Assembly (NCBI GenBank): GCA_964441755.1
Contig: CAYTVG010000006.1
Location: 173,100-237,099 of the forward strand
Source: an uncultured Saprospiraceae bacterium
GTDB lineage: Bacteria > Bacteroidota > Bacteroidia > Chitinophagales > Saprospiraceae
Direction: 5' to 3'
Length of the DNA stretch: 64,000 bases
Positions 1 through 9,434 of this stretch are shown here, one piece after another. Within the stretch, counting starts at the first letter, position 1. Each line of letters opens with the position of its first letter. The position numbers and the translations under genes are program-made. Below the pieces are notes generated by a model. It saw only the letters and a program-made list of their open reading frames with translations, did not search any database and had not been told where the DNA came from.

Positions 1-718
1 CATAAAAATCTTCGAGCCGCACAGTACCCTTGCCATAGCCGATTGTTTCTGCCAGTGCATGGCCGCTGCTTTCGTGGCACATATTGGAGCAATCAGGCAG
101 ATTGTTGGTTCCATAAGCCCTTACAAACAGCTGGTACAGGAAAGCCGCCTCATTGCTGGTGCGGCCCGACGTATAGAAAACCGCCTGATCGGGTGAAGGC
201 AGCCCATTGAGTGCACTCGCTATGCGGGCGAAAGCATCCTCCCAGCTAACCGGCGTATAGTGCGTAGCTCCTTTTTTGAGCCACACAGGCTCAGCCAGGC
301 GCCCCTGTTTGCCCAATTGAAAATCCGACCATTGCCGCATCGTCTCGACACTGTTGGCTGCAAAAAAAGCGGCACCAATCGTTTTTTTCTGAGCCTCCTC
401 AGCGATGGCCTTGATACCATTTTCGCAGTATTCCCCCATTGCGGACCGCTCATCATCGGGATCCGGCCAGGCGCAGCCCGGGCAGTCAAAGCCTCCTTTC
501 TGGTTGACTTTGAACATTGTCCTGTAGGCTCTGCCAACGCCCATATAGCGCCTTGCATGCCCCAGTGCAGAAAAGACGGCCGGCATACCTGCCGAGCTTA
601 CCGGCACCTTTGCCAGTTTCAGTCCCGTAAAACTGACGGGCGGTTGCGCCCGGTGGTTAGCGGCAACAACGATATTGTGTCCTTTGTCTTCCAGATCCCT
701 CGTCGATTGGTTACTCAT
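1..718 (-). CDS. FdhF/YdeP-family molybdopterin oxidoreductase, N-terminal ~239 codons; the 3' part runs off the left edge of the window
   Basis: Not in the ORF track because there is no stop in the window. Own translation from ATG (716-718, minus strand): MSNQSTRDLEDKGHNIVVAANHRAQPPVSFTGLKLAKVPVSSAGMPAVFSALGHARRYMGVGRAYRTMFKVNQKGGFDCPGCAWPDPDDERSAMGEYCENG...CSNMCHESSGHAL. GGFDCPGCAWPDP and CSNMCHESS are hallmark motifs of the YdeP/FdhF-like subfamily. fdhD follows immediately downstream on the same strand. Confidence 0.8.
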   Translation of the reverse strand, partial: MSNQSTRDLEDKGHNIVVAANHRAQPPVSFTGLKLAKVPVSSAGMPAVFSALGHARRYMGVGRAYRTMFKVNQKGGFDCPGCAWPDPDDERSAMGEYCENGIKAIAEEAQKKTIGAAFFAANSVETMRQWSDFQLGKQGRLAEPVWLKKGATHYTPVSWEDAFARIASALNGLPSPDQAVFYTSGRTSNEAAFLYQLFVRAYGTNNLPDCSNMCHESSGHALAETIGYGKGTVRLEDFY

Positions 719-753
719 ATTGGGTTTACTGATTTAGCACATACGCATTTTAC

Positions 754-1614
754 TCATGCAAAAATAATGCGTTCCTCACCACTGTACACATTAAAACGTC
801 CGTCCCGCAAAAATCCTATCAGGCTCAGATCGTACATAGCAGCCAGCTCCACTGCCAGGCTGGAAGGAGCCCCGACGGCAGCGACCATTGGCAAGCCGGC
901 CATGAGTGCCTTTTGTACCAGTTCAAAACTCGCCCGCCCGCTCAGCAGCAGCAGCTGGCTGCGCAGCGGCAGCCATTGTCGGCGGAATGCCTCTCCGATA
1001 ATTTTGTCCAGTGCGTTGTGACGTCCCACATCTTCATGCAGCAGCAGCAGCTCTCCCTCGCTGCTAAAAAGTCCGGCAGCGTGTAATCCGCCTGTACGCG
1101 CAAAGGTTGACTGTGCCGACAGCAGTCGTTCGGGCCAGCCGACAAGCTGATCTGCAGCCACCGCCGGCAAGCCTGGCGGCGGATAATAGCCCGGCATTAG
1201 CTGCAGCTGCTCCAGCGATGCTTTACCGCAAATACCACAAGAGGAAGAAGTATAAAAATGTCGCTTCAGGCGATCCATATCCACCCTGACCCCTGCCTGC
1301 AGTTCGACCACTATCACATTTTGCGGGTGCTCTTCCGGTCCGGCAAACCGCAGTTGCAGGACTTCCTCATAGCGGCTGATGATCCCTTCACTGAATAAGA
1401 AGCCCAGCGCCAGCGCTTCATCATGGCCGGGCGTGCGCATGGTCACCGATACCGATGCATACAGGCGTCGATGAGCATCACCGTATCCGAGGCGTATTTC
1501 CAACGGCTCTTCGATGGCCAGCACATCGGATGTATGTGTCAGCCCCCCGTCAGCACCTCTCCGCAGGATGGGAAAGGCGCGCGATGCAGCATTGGTGATT
1601 TGGTTTTTACGCAT
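754..1614 (-). CDS. fdhD: Formate dehydrogenase accessory sulfurtransferase FdhD
   Basis: 286-aa ORF with FdhD motifs TPGHDEALALGFLFSEGII, SSCGICGKAS and HEDVGRHNALDK. It lies next to a Mo-bisPGD enzyme gene. Confidence 0.9.
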   Translation of the reverse strand: MRKNQITNAASRAFPILRRGADGGLTHTSDVLAIEEPLEIRLGYGDAHRRLYASVSVTMRTPGHDEALALGFLFSEGIISRYEEVLQLRFAGPEEHPQNVIVVELQAGVRVDMDRLKRHFYTSSSCGICGKASLEQLQLMPGYYPPPGLPAVAADQLVGWPERLLSAQSTFARTGGLHAAGLFSSEGELLLLHEDVGRHNALDKIIGEAFRRQWLPLRSQLLLLSGRASFELVQKALMAGLPMVAAVGAPSSLAVELAAMYDLSLIGFLRDGRFNVYSGEERIIFA

Positions 1615-1871
1615 GGTTATCAGGACATTTGACCAGGGCAGACAGCGCTTACGGTCAGTTGCCGCTACTCACCATCCGCACGAGCCTTAGCGTGTATTCA
1701 GCATTTTCTCGCAGCGTCCAAAAACCGCTTTTTTCCCGGATATTATTCCCTTTACCGGTCAATTGGCGCGGGCGCTGCGCCTTCAAAACACAAAATCCGC
1801 GACAAGCGCCTCTTTTCGGCCTCTGGCAGAAAAATCTGAATCCACGCTCACTGCTACAAAGATCGACATTT

Positions 1872-2984
1872 TTACTCATCTGCCTGCGCAGCACAAGAAA
1901 TATATGGTATTAGCTTATCGACCGTAGTCTTGTCCAGTGCCATCACAAGGCGCAGTTCTTCCGGCTGGCGGAAGGAACCGTGTTGGTTTCGGTAATGAAT
2001 GATGGCAGCAGCCGATCGTTTGTCGAGGTAAGGATGCCTGCTAAGTTCCTCCGCACCATATACATTGACCAGCAGCGGCCGGTAGACAGGCGACCATTGC
2101 AGTTGTGGCAGCAGTCGCTGATAAGTACTGTCGGGCAGGCCATAGGTTTCGGCAATCTGCGCCAGGCTGCTGAAGCCCCCCAATCGATCGCGAAAGCCGA
2201 GAATCCGGCGGCTGAGCGCGGGGCCTATCCCCCGCAGCTGCTCCCAGGCGGCGGCATCGGCCGTATTGACGTCGAGCAAGAACACCGGTGGCGGTGGCGA
2301 CGGCGGTACATTTTTTTCCACCCCGCCCGGAATCTGCACAAACGGCCGCAACCGCTCATAGTCTGCCGGCGCAAGCCCGTACAGGCGTTGCAAATCTTCC
2401 GCCTTGCGGAATCGCCCCCCCTTGTCGCGATAGCGTTGCAGGTTATTGGCCAGCCGCTCTGACAGCCCCAGCTGCCGGAGCTCCGCCACCGTTGCTGTAT
2501 TGGGGTCAAAAGCAAAAAGAACCGGCGCGGGAGTTGCCGCCGGCTGCTGCACGGCAGCCGGCCGGCGCTCATTTTCTTCGGGAAAAACCAGTTGCGGCAT
2601 GATGCGCTCCCTGTCGGCTGCGGTGAGCCCGCGAAAGCGCGCCAGGTCGGCCGGCCGCCTGAAGCGGCCGCCCTTCTTCACATAGCCCATCCACGCCCGA
2701 ATGCTTGCCGGCGGCAAGCCCAGCGCCTGCAGCGAAGCGTAGTCGGGCGCATTGACATCCAACCGACCGACCACCGCCGCCGGCCGGATCGTATCCGCGC
2801 CGGCCGTTGCGGCCCATGCTGCCGGAAAAACCGGCAGCGGCACCACTTCGGTCGCAGGCTTCCGCAGCAGCCAGGGCAGCCAGCAGCTGCCCGATGCCAG
2901 CATGATGCACAGGAAGAGCAAGCCGAGGATGCCGGCGCGCTCAGTCGCGGTATAGTAAAAAAATTCGTTAAAAAAATGCCTCAT
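1872..2984 (-). CDS. ComEA-like helix-hairpin-helix DNA-binding protein (N-terminal membrane anchor plus four HhH modules)
   Basis: TM segment ILGLLFLCIMLASG followed by four repeats of the type LDVNTADAAAWEQLRGIGPALSRRILGFRDRLGGF. Downstream neighbour of comEC on the same strand. Confidence 0.7.
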   Translation of the reverse strand: MRHFFNEFFYYTATERAGILGLLFLCIMLASGSCWLPWLLRKPATEVVPLPVFPAAWAATAGADTIRPAAVVGRLDVNAPDYASLQALGLPPASIRAWMGYVKKGGRFRRPADLARFRGLTAADRERIMPQLVFPEENERRPAAVQQPAATPAPVLFAFDPNTATVAELRQLGLSERLANNLQRYRDKGGRFRKAEDLQRLYGLAPADYERLRPFVQIPGGVEKNVPPSPPPPVFLLDVNTADAAAWEQLRGIGPALSRRILGFRDRLGGFSSLAQIAETYGLPDSTYQRLLPQLQWSPVYRPLLVNVYGAEELSRHPYLDKRSAAAIIHYRNQHGSFRQPEELRLVMALDKTTVDKLIPYISCAAQADE

Positions 2985-3008
2985 ATGCAGCGGTTTAGAT
3001 GGTCAACT

Positions 3009-3079
3009 CCCATCTGTACTGAGTGGCTGCAGCCACTCAGTACAGATGGGAACAAGTATTTGATTTTTGAAAAATCAAA
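3009..3079 (-). terminator. Bipartite hairpin module: a 42-bp perfect palindrome (3009-3050) plus an AT-rich hairpin TTTGATTTTT-G-AAAAATCAAA (3059-3079). Putative comEC terminator.
   Basis: CCCATCTGTACTGAGTGGCTG/CAGCCACTCAGTACAGATGGG is perfectly self-complementary. The module sits 49 nt after the comEC stop on the minus strand. Confidence 0.5.
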
Positions 3080-3127
3080 AAAACATTTATCAAATTTTTT
3101 TGCTGTCGCCAAAGGCGATAACAGCCC

Positions 3128-5221
3128 CTAATCCTCCATAACCCAGGCGCCGTCTATAGCCGTTGCATGGCACCGAAGGCCAAGCGACCGGCACTCTTCC
3201 AGCCACTGCCGCACGCGGTAGGGGCGATTCGATCCATCGAACACCCATACATCTGCCCGAAAATACGGCTGCAGCTCTGCTACCCTCAGCCGGGGATTGG
3301 CCCGTAGCAACACAGCCTCAACCGCCACAGGCGCCGGCGGCAGCTGTGGCGGCAGGCTGTCGACCAATGCGATAAGGCCTTTTTCCCAGGCAACCCAGCC
3401 CCCCTGCTGCTGCCAGTATGCCGAAGGCGACCGGCAGTGGCGAGCAGCCCGAAAGCTGCGATGATTGGCTGTAGCCGCTGCCACTGCCCGCTCCCTGTCT
3501 GCAGCTACTTCTATCGAAAATCTGCACCTACCTATAAACCAATCCATTACACTAGCCCCTGCTACCTGATAAACTACCCAGGCACGCTGCTGGTGTCGCG
3601 CCTGCTGCCGCACGACCCCCGCCAACAGGCTGCCAGACAGCAGCAACAGCCCTGCCATCAAGGCCAGCGAATGCCGGTTTTCCAAAAAAAGAGCCCAGGC
3701 AGCCAGGCTCGCGTACAGCAAGCAGACACTCCAGTCGCTGATCCAGCAGTCGCGGATCAGCGCAGCGGGCAGCTCGCTCACCAAAAACACCCCTGTATTC
3801 ATCAGGCGGATGATGGCCCATAGCAGCCAACCAAGCATTCCCGAGACCCACGGAACCGCCTGCAAGGCCAGCAAGGCAATGCCCAGGCCCAGAATAAAAG
3901 GCGACAACGGCACTACAAAAAGTCCTGACAGCCAAAAATATACAGGAAATTGATGAAAATAATACAAGCTTAGCGGGAAGGTAGACAACTGCGCTGCTAC
4001 CCCCATGGCGATGAGATTCCAGCCTCCGGCCAGCCATTTGTTTTTAAAAAAGAGGAGCTTGTGGAGGCGCGGATGAAAAAGCAGAATACCGGCTACCGCC
4101 AAATAGGAAAGCTGGAAGCCTACATCCAGCAACATCCAGGGGTTTGCCCAAAGCAGCAGGAAGGCCGAAGCTGCCAGGGTGTTGAATATCTGATGGGGCC
4201 GCTGCAGCGTCTTGCCGAGCAGCAGCATCGAAAACATGAGTGCTGCCCGCTGTACGGAAGGAGACAGCCCCGTCAGCAGGGCAAAAGTCCATACGCCCGC
4301 GAGGTTGGCCAGCAGCAACAGCCAGCGGGCTGCCGGCCCGCGCAGTGGCAGCCAGGCCAACAGCCATTGCAGGCCCATAGCGATGATGCCCACATGCAGG
4401 CCCGACACGGCCAGCACGTGCACAGCACCTGTAGCAGCGTATGCCTGCTGCACCTGCTGCTGCATATCTTCCCTGCTCCCCAGCACCAGTGCGGTGCCTA
4501 CAGCCAGTTCTTCGGGACTTGTCAGGTAGCTGCGCAGGATGCGCAGGAGCTGCTCGCGGGAGGTGTGCGCCAGCCTGGTCAGGCTACCGGAGGCAGCCTC
4601 TTCGAGCTGCCATTGGATAGCAGTAGACTCAAAGAAGCAATTCTTATTGGCCTGATAGGCGCTAAAATCAAAGGCATGGGGGTTGACAGGCGGCCTGATG
4701 GGCCTGAAGCTACCCGGCCAGCGAATCAGGTTGCCCGGCGCCAGTGCCTGTGTCGGCCGGTCGCCGGACACCCATACCAGCATATTGCCCACGGCGGCGG
4801 CCGTGGGCAAGGCTGTACAACCAATCGCTGTGACGGCCACAGTCAGCCGAAGTCGGCCTGTGCTGCTCAGCTGGCGATGCAAAATGCGGCCTGCAAAGCA
4901 GGCAGTCTCCCCGGCCTTTAGTTGTTGCGAAAAATGAAGCGGCTGCCGGCCGTCGGCCAGCATAGCAACCCGCCAGTATCCCAGAACAGCAAGCGTGAGC
5001 ATCAGCAGGATGCCAAAGCCCGCGCGCCACCCAAATTTTTTTACCCCCACATGCACCCCTGACAGTAGCAGCAGGCAGCAGGGCAGCAGCCATGCGGGCA
5101 GTGGCTGTGACAGGGGCAAAAGACCTGCTAAAGGCAGATAAATGCCCGGCAGCCAAAAGAAAAGAAGTCGAACAAAGGGTGCCTGACGCCAGTAGGCGCC
5201 TGCGGAAAGACTGCTGCTCAT
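3128..5221 (-). CDS. comEC: ComEC/Rec2-family competence channel protein
   Basis: 697 aa, polytopic membrane protein with the competence-domain motif GAVHVLAVSGLHVG. The C-terminal ~150 aa lack an HxHxDH metallo-beta-lactamase motif. Confidence 0.85.
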   Translation of the reverse strand: MSSSLSAGAYWRQAPFVRLLFFWLPGIYLPLAGLLPLSQPLPAWLLPCCLLLLSGVHVGVKKFGWRAGFGILLMLTLAVLGYWRVAMLADGRQPLHFSQQLKAGETACFAGRILHRQLSSTGRLRLTVAVTAIGCTALPTAAAVGNMLVWVSGDRPTQALAPGNLIRWPGSFRPIRPPVNPHAFDFSAYQANKNCFFESTAIQWQLEEAASGSLTRLAHTSREQLLRILRSYLTSPEELAVGTALVLGSREDMQQQVQQAYAATGAVHVLAVSGLHVGIIAMGLQWLLAWLPLRGPAARWLLLLANLAGVWTFALLTGLSPSVQRAALMFSMLLLGKTLQRPHQIFNTLAASAFLLLWANPWMLLDVGFQLSYLAVAGILLFHPRLHKLLFFKNKWLAGGWNLIAMGVAAQLSTFPLSLYYFHQFPVYFWLSGLFVVPLSPFILGLGIALLALQAVPWVSGMLGWLLWAIIRLMNTGVFLVSELPAALIRDCWISDWSVCLLYASLAAWALFLENRHSLALMAGLLLLSGSLLAGVVRQQARHQQRAWVVYQVAGASVMDWFIGRCRFSIEVAADRERAVAAATANHRSFRAARHCRSPSAYWQQQGGWVAWEKGLIALVDSLPPQLPPAPVAVEAVLLRANPRLRVAELQPYFRADVWVFDGSNRPYRVRQWLEECRSLGLRCHATAIDGAWVMED

Positions 5222-5509
5222 AAAACTAAGGACACTCAGGCAGGCTTAGCAGCAGAGAAATTTGTGGGTCCGGAGCGCTCTCGGGATTTTTCCGCCTGGC
5301 TTAAAAGGGTTGTTCTTTGTGCATTTTTATTTTTTTTAGTCGCGTAGCACCGGCTACACGCCCAAAAACGCGATCATGCACAGAAAAACACCTCATTTTT
5401 GCCTCCGGCAGCAAATCCCCGACACGCTGCAACGCATATCTGTACTGCACAAGATAATAAGTTGCCGGCGACGCAGGAAGATAATTGAACAAAAAAAAAT
5501 GCAAGTCCC

Positions 5510-5517
5510 TAACTTTG
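5510..5517 (+). promoter_or_regulatory. Candidate Bacteroidota -7 promoter element TAACTTTG upstream of queD
   Basis: Matches TAnnTTTG, 57 nt before the queD ATG. A TTG at 5485-5487 is a possible -33 element. Confidence 0.35.
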
Positions 5518-5573
5518 CAGTGCCGCTAGCCGGGCTGTTGCCCTGTGGTGGTAAAAAAAGCACATAAACGCAC

Positions 5574-5936
5574 ATGGAATTATACAAAGAATTTTCTTTT
5601 GACTCAGCGCACTGGCTGCCCTATGTTGCAGAAGACCACAAGTGTCGCCGCGTCCATGGCCACACCTATGTTGTGCGCCTTTACGTGCGTGGCGAACTCG
5701 ACCCGGTGCTGGGTTGGGTGATAGACTTCGCTGTCATCAAAGATGTATGGAAGCCGCTACAGGAGCAACTTGACCACCGCCTGCTCAATGATATCCCGGG
5801 GCTCGAAAACCCAACCGCCGAGAATATGGCGATCTGGATCTGGCGACAGGTAAAGCCCGGGCTGCCTATGCTCAGCCAGGTGATGGTCTGTGAAAATGCG
5901 AGCAGTGGCGTGATTTACAAAGGAGAATTTGAATAG
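5574..5936 (+). CDS. queD: 6-carboxy-5,6,7,8-tetrahydropterin synthase (queuosine biosynthesis)
   Basis: 120 aa; FSFDSAHWLP...HKCRRVHGHTY is the typical QueD/PTPS zinc and catalytic motif pattern. Confidence 0.9.
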   Translation: MELYKEFSFDSAHWLPYVAEDHKCRRVHGHTYVVRLYVRGELDPVLGWVIDFAVIKDVWKPLQEQLDHRLLNDIPGLENPTAENMAIWIWRQVKPGLPMLSQVMVCENASSGVIYKGEFE

Positions 5937-5948
5937 CCACGGCCAGCG

Positions 5949-7037
5949 ATGAAAGAAAAACTCCCGGCCGATATCCGCTCTGCACTGGTCAAAGTGTCGA
6001 CACCTTTCAGCATCGGCTCCGGGCTACTGCTACCCGAACAGGGGCTGCTTGCAACCGGCATTGGGCAACTGTCGGGGCAACGCGAGGCTGTGGTGAAGCA
6101 TCCACAGTTGGGGCATCAACCGGCAAGGGTAGTTTTTCTGGATTATTCCGCCCAATTTGCGCTGCTGCGCCTGTCGGCCAACCTGTCCGGGCTACGCCCC
6201 GTACGCCTGGCAGATGCACCCGAGCCGGGTTCGCTGGTATTTATGCTTTACCGTCGGGGACGTCGCGGCTGTGCGAGTCTGCCAGCCGATCTGCTGGCGG
6301 CACAGGCAGGCAGGCTGCAATTGCAGCCGCTGCTGGATACCGAGCGGATGGAGACTGCCGACGATCTGCTCGTAGTCAACGAATCGGGACAATTGATTGG
6401 CTTCTCCAACACAGCATATTTTACAACACCGGATGGCGCCCGGGCACACAGCCTGCAGCCCTTGCAGGAAGCCGTCCGTTTTCTCTGCGATCACCCGACC
6501 GCCAGCGCCGCCCGCTGCGAAAGCTGCGGCAGCCTGGCCATAGCCGACCCAGCCACCGTTGTCTGCCCCGTTTGCAACAGCCCACTGCAAACACCCTGGC
6601 AGCTGCGCGAATACGAGCCGGAAGGCATCTCCCGCACCATAGAGCAGATACTCGAAAAACTCGGTTATCAGCCAGCGCTGGCCAGAGTGGGCTGCAATAC
6701 CTGGCGGCTGCAGGAGGCCCCAAAACCGGTATCCCTTACCTACCACCCGCCAACAGGCCTGCTGTCGGCAGATGCTACGCTCTGCTACCTCCCCCCCGGG
6801 CACGAACAAGCACTTTATGACTACCTCCTGCGGGAAAATTACAGCTTGCGGGGTATGAATATCAACAGCCGCGGTACGCGTGTACAGCTTAGCCTCCTTA
6901 TCTATGACTGCTATTTACAGCCAGATACGGCGCTTCGGCAGCTACAGCTTTTCTTTGAATGCACCCGCGCCTACAGCCTGGATCTGGAAAACAAGTACGG
7001 AAGGCTGCAAAAAATGCATTCAGATGAAGAAGAATGA
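5949..7037 (+). CDS. Hypothetical protein: degenerate trypsin-like N-domain, CxxC...CxxC zinc ribbon, YbjN-like C-terminal region (tentative)
   Basis: 362-aa ORF 12 nt after queD. Contains CESCGS...CPVCNS. Domain assignments are from weak pattern resemblance only. Confidence 0.55.
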   Translation: MKEKLPADIRSALVKVSTPFSIGSGLLLPEQGLLATGIGQLSGQREAVVKHPQLGHQPARVVFLDYSAQFALLRLSANLSGLRPVRLADAPEPGSLVFMLYRRGRRGCASLPADLLAAQAGRLQLQPLLDTERMETADDLLVVNESGQLIGFSNTAYFTTPDGARAHSLQPLQEAVRFLCDHPTASAARCESCGSLAIADPATVVCPVCNSPLQTPWQLREYEPEGISRTIEQILEKLGYQPALARVGCNTWRLQEAPKPVSLTYHPPTGLLSADATLCYLPPGHEQALYDYLLRENYSLRGMNINSRGTRVQLSLLIYDCYLQPDTALRQLQLFFECTRAYSLDLENKYGRLQKMHSDEEE

Positions 7038-7177
7038 TTAACTTTGTTGAGAAGCGCAATAGGCAGCCTGTGGAGTCCGTTGAAATAGCATTAATTAACA
7101 GTACGGTAGCGGAGGAGACAACCGGAATGATCGACTGTCGCGATGGCATTCGTGCCTCAAAAATGTCAACCCCCATA

Positions 7178-7185
7178 TATTTTTG
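7178..7185 (+). promoter_or_regulatory. Candidate -7 promoter element TATTTTTG upstream of the PorP/SprF gene
   Basis: Matches TAnnTTTG about 100 nt upstream of the ATG at 7288. Confidence 0.3.
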
Positions 7186-7287
7186 TTAATTTTTTGCGGT
7201 CTTATTGCAGATTCCCGTATTATTGTTGCTCCATTTGACAAACTAAAAGAATCTGATCTGGTTACAGCTTTACAAATTACCGCCAAT

Positions 7288-8346
7288 ATGAAAATAATCA
7301 AGTCGCTTTACCTGACTGGTGTGCTGATGCTCGGACTAACAGGCTTGCTGGCGCAGGACATTCACTTCTCTCAGTTTTACCTGTCACCACTAAACCTCAA
7401 TCCCGCCATGACGGGCGTGATGAACTGCAACGTACGGCTTACGGCCAACTACCGCAATCAGTGGGCCAGCGTATTGGGGCAAAATTCCTTCCGCACCTAC
7501 TCTGTCTCTTATGATCAACGTATTGCTTCCGGCCGCAACGACTACTTTGGTGTAGGCGGCACTTTTTGGGGTGATCGTGCAGGGGAGGCCAATTTTTCGA
7601 CCCTGACGGGCAAGTTGTCAGGCTCTTATTCGAAAAAAATGGGTGGTGGCCGCAATTATGGCAACTACCTTGTATTTGGTGTTGAAGCGGGTGTTGCACA
7701 GCGCAGCCTCGATTTCCTGAAGCTTCGCTGGGGTCTGCAGCATGACGGCCGTGGTGGCTATGACGGCTCACTGGATCCGGGAGAAACTACTTTCAACCGC
7801 GACGAGTTTCTCTTTGCTGACCTGGGCGCAGGCTTGTTGTGGTTCATGGTCTTTGATGCCAACAACAGTCTTTATCTGGGCGGTGCTTTTCACCACCTCA
7901 ACCGCGCCAATCAGTCTTTTGACAGCAATGACGAGGACCTGCTCTACAGCCGCTTTACAGCGCATGCCGGTGGCGAATTTTTGGTCAGCCGCCGCTTTGG
8001 TCTGCTGCCGGGTGTCATCATCATGAGCCAGGGGCCTTCTTTCCAGGTCAATGCAGGTACCAGCTTCAAGTTTTTGTTGCAGCCAGCCAGTAAGACGCAG
8101 GGCAGCCAGTCCTTCCAGTTTGGTCTTTGGACGCGTGTGTCCAACAAGATCGATAGTGGTGTGCTGACAGATGCTGCTATTCTGTCGACGCGCTTTGACT
8201 ACGACAATTTCAGCCTGGGCTTCAGCTATGACCTCAACGTCTCCCAGTTCCGCCCGGCAACCAATGGCAATGGCGGTTTTGAACTGGCGCTGGTATACAA
8301 GATATGCGGACCCGCACGCAGGGGTATTTACTGCCCTGAGTTCTAG
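7288..8346 (+). CDS. PorP/SprF-family type IX secretion system membrane protein
   Basis: MKIIKSLYLTGVLMLGLTGLLAQDIHFSQFYLSPLNLNPAMTG is the canonical PorP/SprF N-terminus. I prefer the ATG at 7288 over the track start at 7183, because the signal peptide begins there. Confidence 0.85.
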   Translation: MKIIKSLYLTGVLMLGLTGLLAQDIHFSQFYLSPLNLNPAMTGVMNCNVRLTANYRNQWASVLGQNSFRTYSVSYDQRIASGRNDYFGVGGTFWGDRAGEANFSTLTGKLSGSYSKKMGGGRNYGNYLVFGVEAGVAQRSLDFLKLRWGLQHDGRGGYDGSLDPGETTFNRDEFLFADLGAGLLWFMVFDANNSLYLGGAFHHLNRANQSFDSNDEDLLYSRFTAHAGGEFLVSRRFGLLPGVIIMSQGPSFQVNAGTSFKFLLQPASKTQGSQSFQFGLWTRVSNKIDSGVLTDAAILSTRFDYDNFSLGFSYDLNVSQFRPATNGNGGFELALVYKICGPARRGIYCPEF

Positions 8347-8365
8347 TTCATATACAACGATAGCG

Positions 8366-8415
8366 AAACAAAACAGGCTGGTGCTTCTTCGAAGGCCAGC
8401 CTGTTTTGTTTTTGG
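8366..8415 (+). terminator. Rho-independent terminator after the PorP/SprF gene
   Basis: Perfect 16-bp stem AAACAAAACAGGCTGG / CCAGCCTGTTTTGTTT (8366-8381 / 8396-8411) followed by a T run. Confidence 0.7.
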
Positions 8416-8625
8416 GTGCTCATTGGTTATTATGTATCGCCTTTACGCGTATTGGGTATTTTGTTGTCGGCTCAAAATGGCTCTTATGCCAAGGGTTGCC
8501 TTTTTGGGGTCAGGCAGTACACTTCTTCAAAAGCGCAAAACCCACGAAAAAAATACTTATTTTTATCTGCGACAAAAATCCCCTAACTTTTTCTGCTACC
8601 AATTTTTGTCTAACAGCTTTACACT

Positions 8626-9375
8626 ATGCACACGGAGTATACGCTGCTCAGTTTTGACAATTATGAAATTCCGGTAAAAATTGTCCGTGAGCATCGGCAC
8701 AGTATTCGCTCTGCCTTTGGCAAAGACCACCTCATCATTCGGTTTCCGGTATTCATAGACAAGACCGCTGAGGAGCACTACCGGCAGCATCTGCGCGAGT
8801 GGCTGTTGGCGCAGGAAGCGAGCAGGCCGGGGCTGCTCACGCGCTATGAGCGCAGGGGTGACTACACAACAGGAGATACCCTCATCATCCTTGGCAAGTC
8901 CTATCAAATCAGCCTGCTCGAAGAAGAGCGCAAGACCTGCACCGCCAGACTGTCAGGCGACCACATAAGCCTTCACATCGACCGGAAGCTGTCCGGCTAC
9001 GACCGCAAGCTAGCCATCCGCAGCCTGCTCAGCAGGCTATTGTCCAATATATATACCCCTGTTTTTCAACGACGAACCCACGAGCTTGCTGCCCAGCATT
9101 TTGAAAATCAGCTGCGGCGCCCTATCAGGCATGTCAGGTTCAAGTACAACCACAGCAATTGGGGATCCTGTTCCAATACCGGCAACATCAACCTCAGCAC
9201 GCGCTTGCTGCTGGCACCCGCCGAGGTCATTGACTATGTTATCATACACGAACTCGCCCACCTGATAGAGCTCAACCACTCCGATCGCTTTTGGTATTGG
9301 GTTGCCAAAGCTATGCCCGACTATGTGAGACACGAAAAATGGCTCAAAGAGTATGGCCATCAGTGTGATTTTTAG
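8626..9375 (+). CDS. YgjP-like (DUF45 / M48-type) metal-dependent hydrolase
   Basis: 249 aa; the C-terminal HELAHLIELNHSDRFW zinc motif is characteristic of the family. Confidence 0.85.
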   Translation: MHTEYTLLSFDNYEIPVKIVREHRHSIRSAFGKDHLIIRFPVFIDKTAEEHYRQHLREWLLAQEASRPGLLTRYERRGDYTTGDTLIILGKSYQISLLEEERKTCTARLSGDHISLHIDRKLSGYDRKLAIRSLLSRLLSNIYTPVFQRRTHELAAQHFENQLRRPIRHVRFKYNHSNWGSCSNTGNINLSTRLLLAPAEVIDYVIIHELAHLIELNHSDRFWYWVAKAMPDYVRHEKWLKEYGHQCDF

Positions 9376-9405
9376 GGCTGTTGTAGTTTTTAGGCTTGCT
9401 AGTTG

Positions 9406-9413
9406 TATCTTTG
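9406..9413 (+). promoter_or_regulatory. Candidate -7 promoter element TATCTTTG upstream of alaS
   Basis: Perfect TAnnTTTG 22 nt before the alaS start. A TTG at 9381-9383 is a possible -33 element. Confidence 0.4.
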
Positions 9414-9434
9414 TGGCCCATAAAATGACAAACC

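Noticed and set aside
260-1021. 253-aa plus-strand ORF spanning the YdeP-like/fdhD junction
   Set aside because: It is antisense to two genes with clear family motifs.
7183-7287. N-terminal extensions proposed by the ORF track (7183, 15945, 26844, 34132, 47792, 48819, 54081, 14932, 62987)
   Set aside because: In each case an internal ATG is immediately followed by a canonical signal peptide or the conserved family N-terminus. The upstream extension is unconserved-looking and overlaps promoter or intergenic hairpins.
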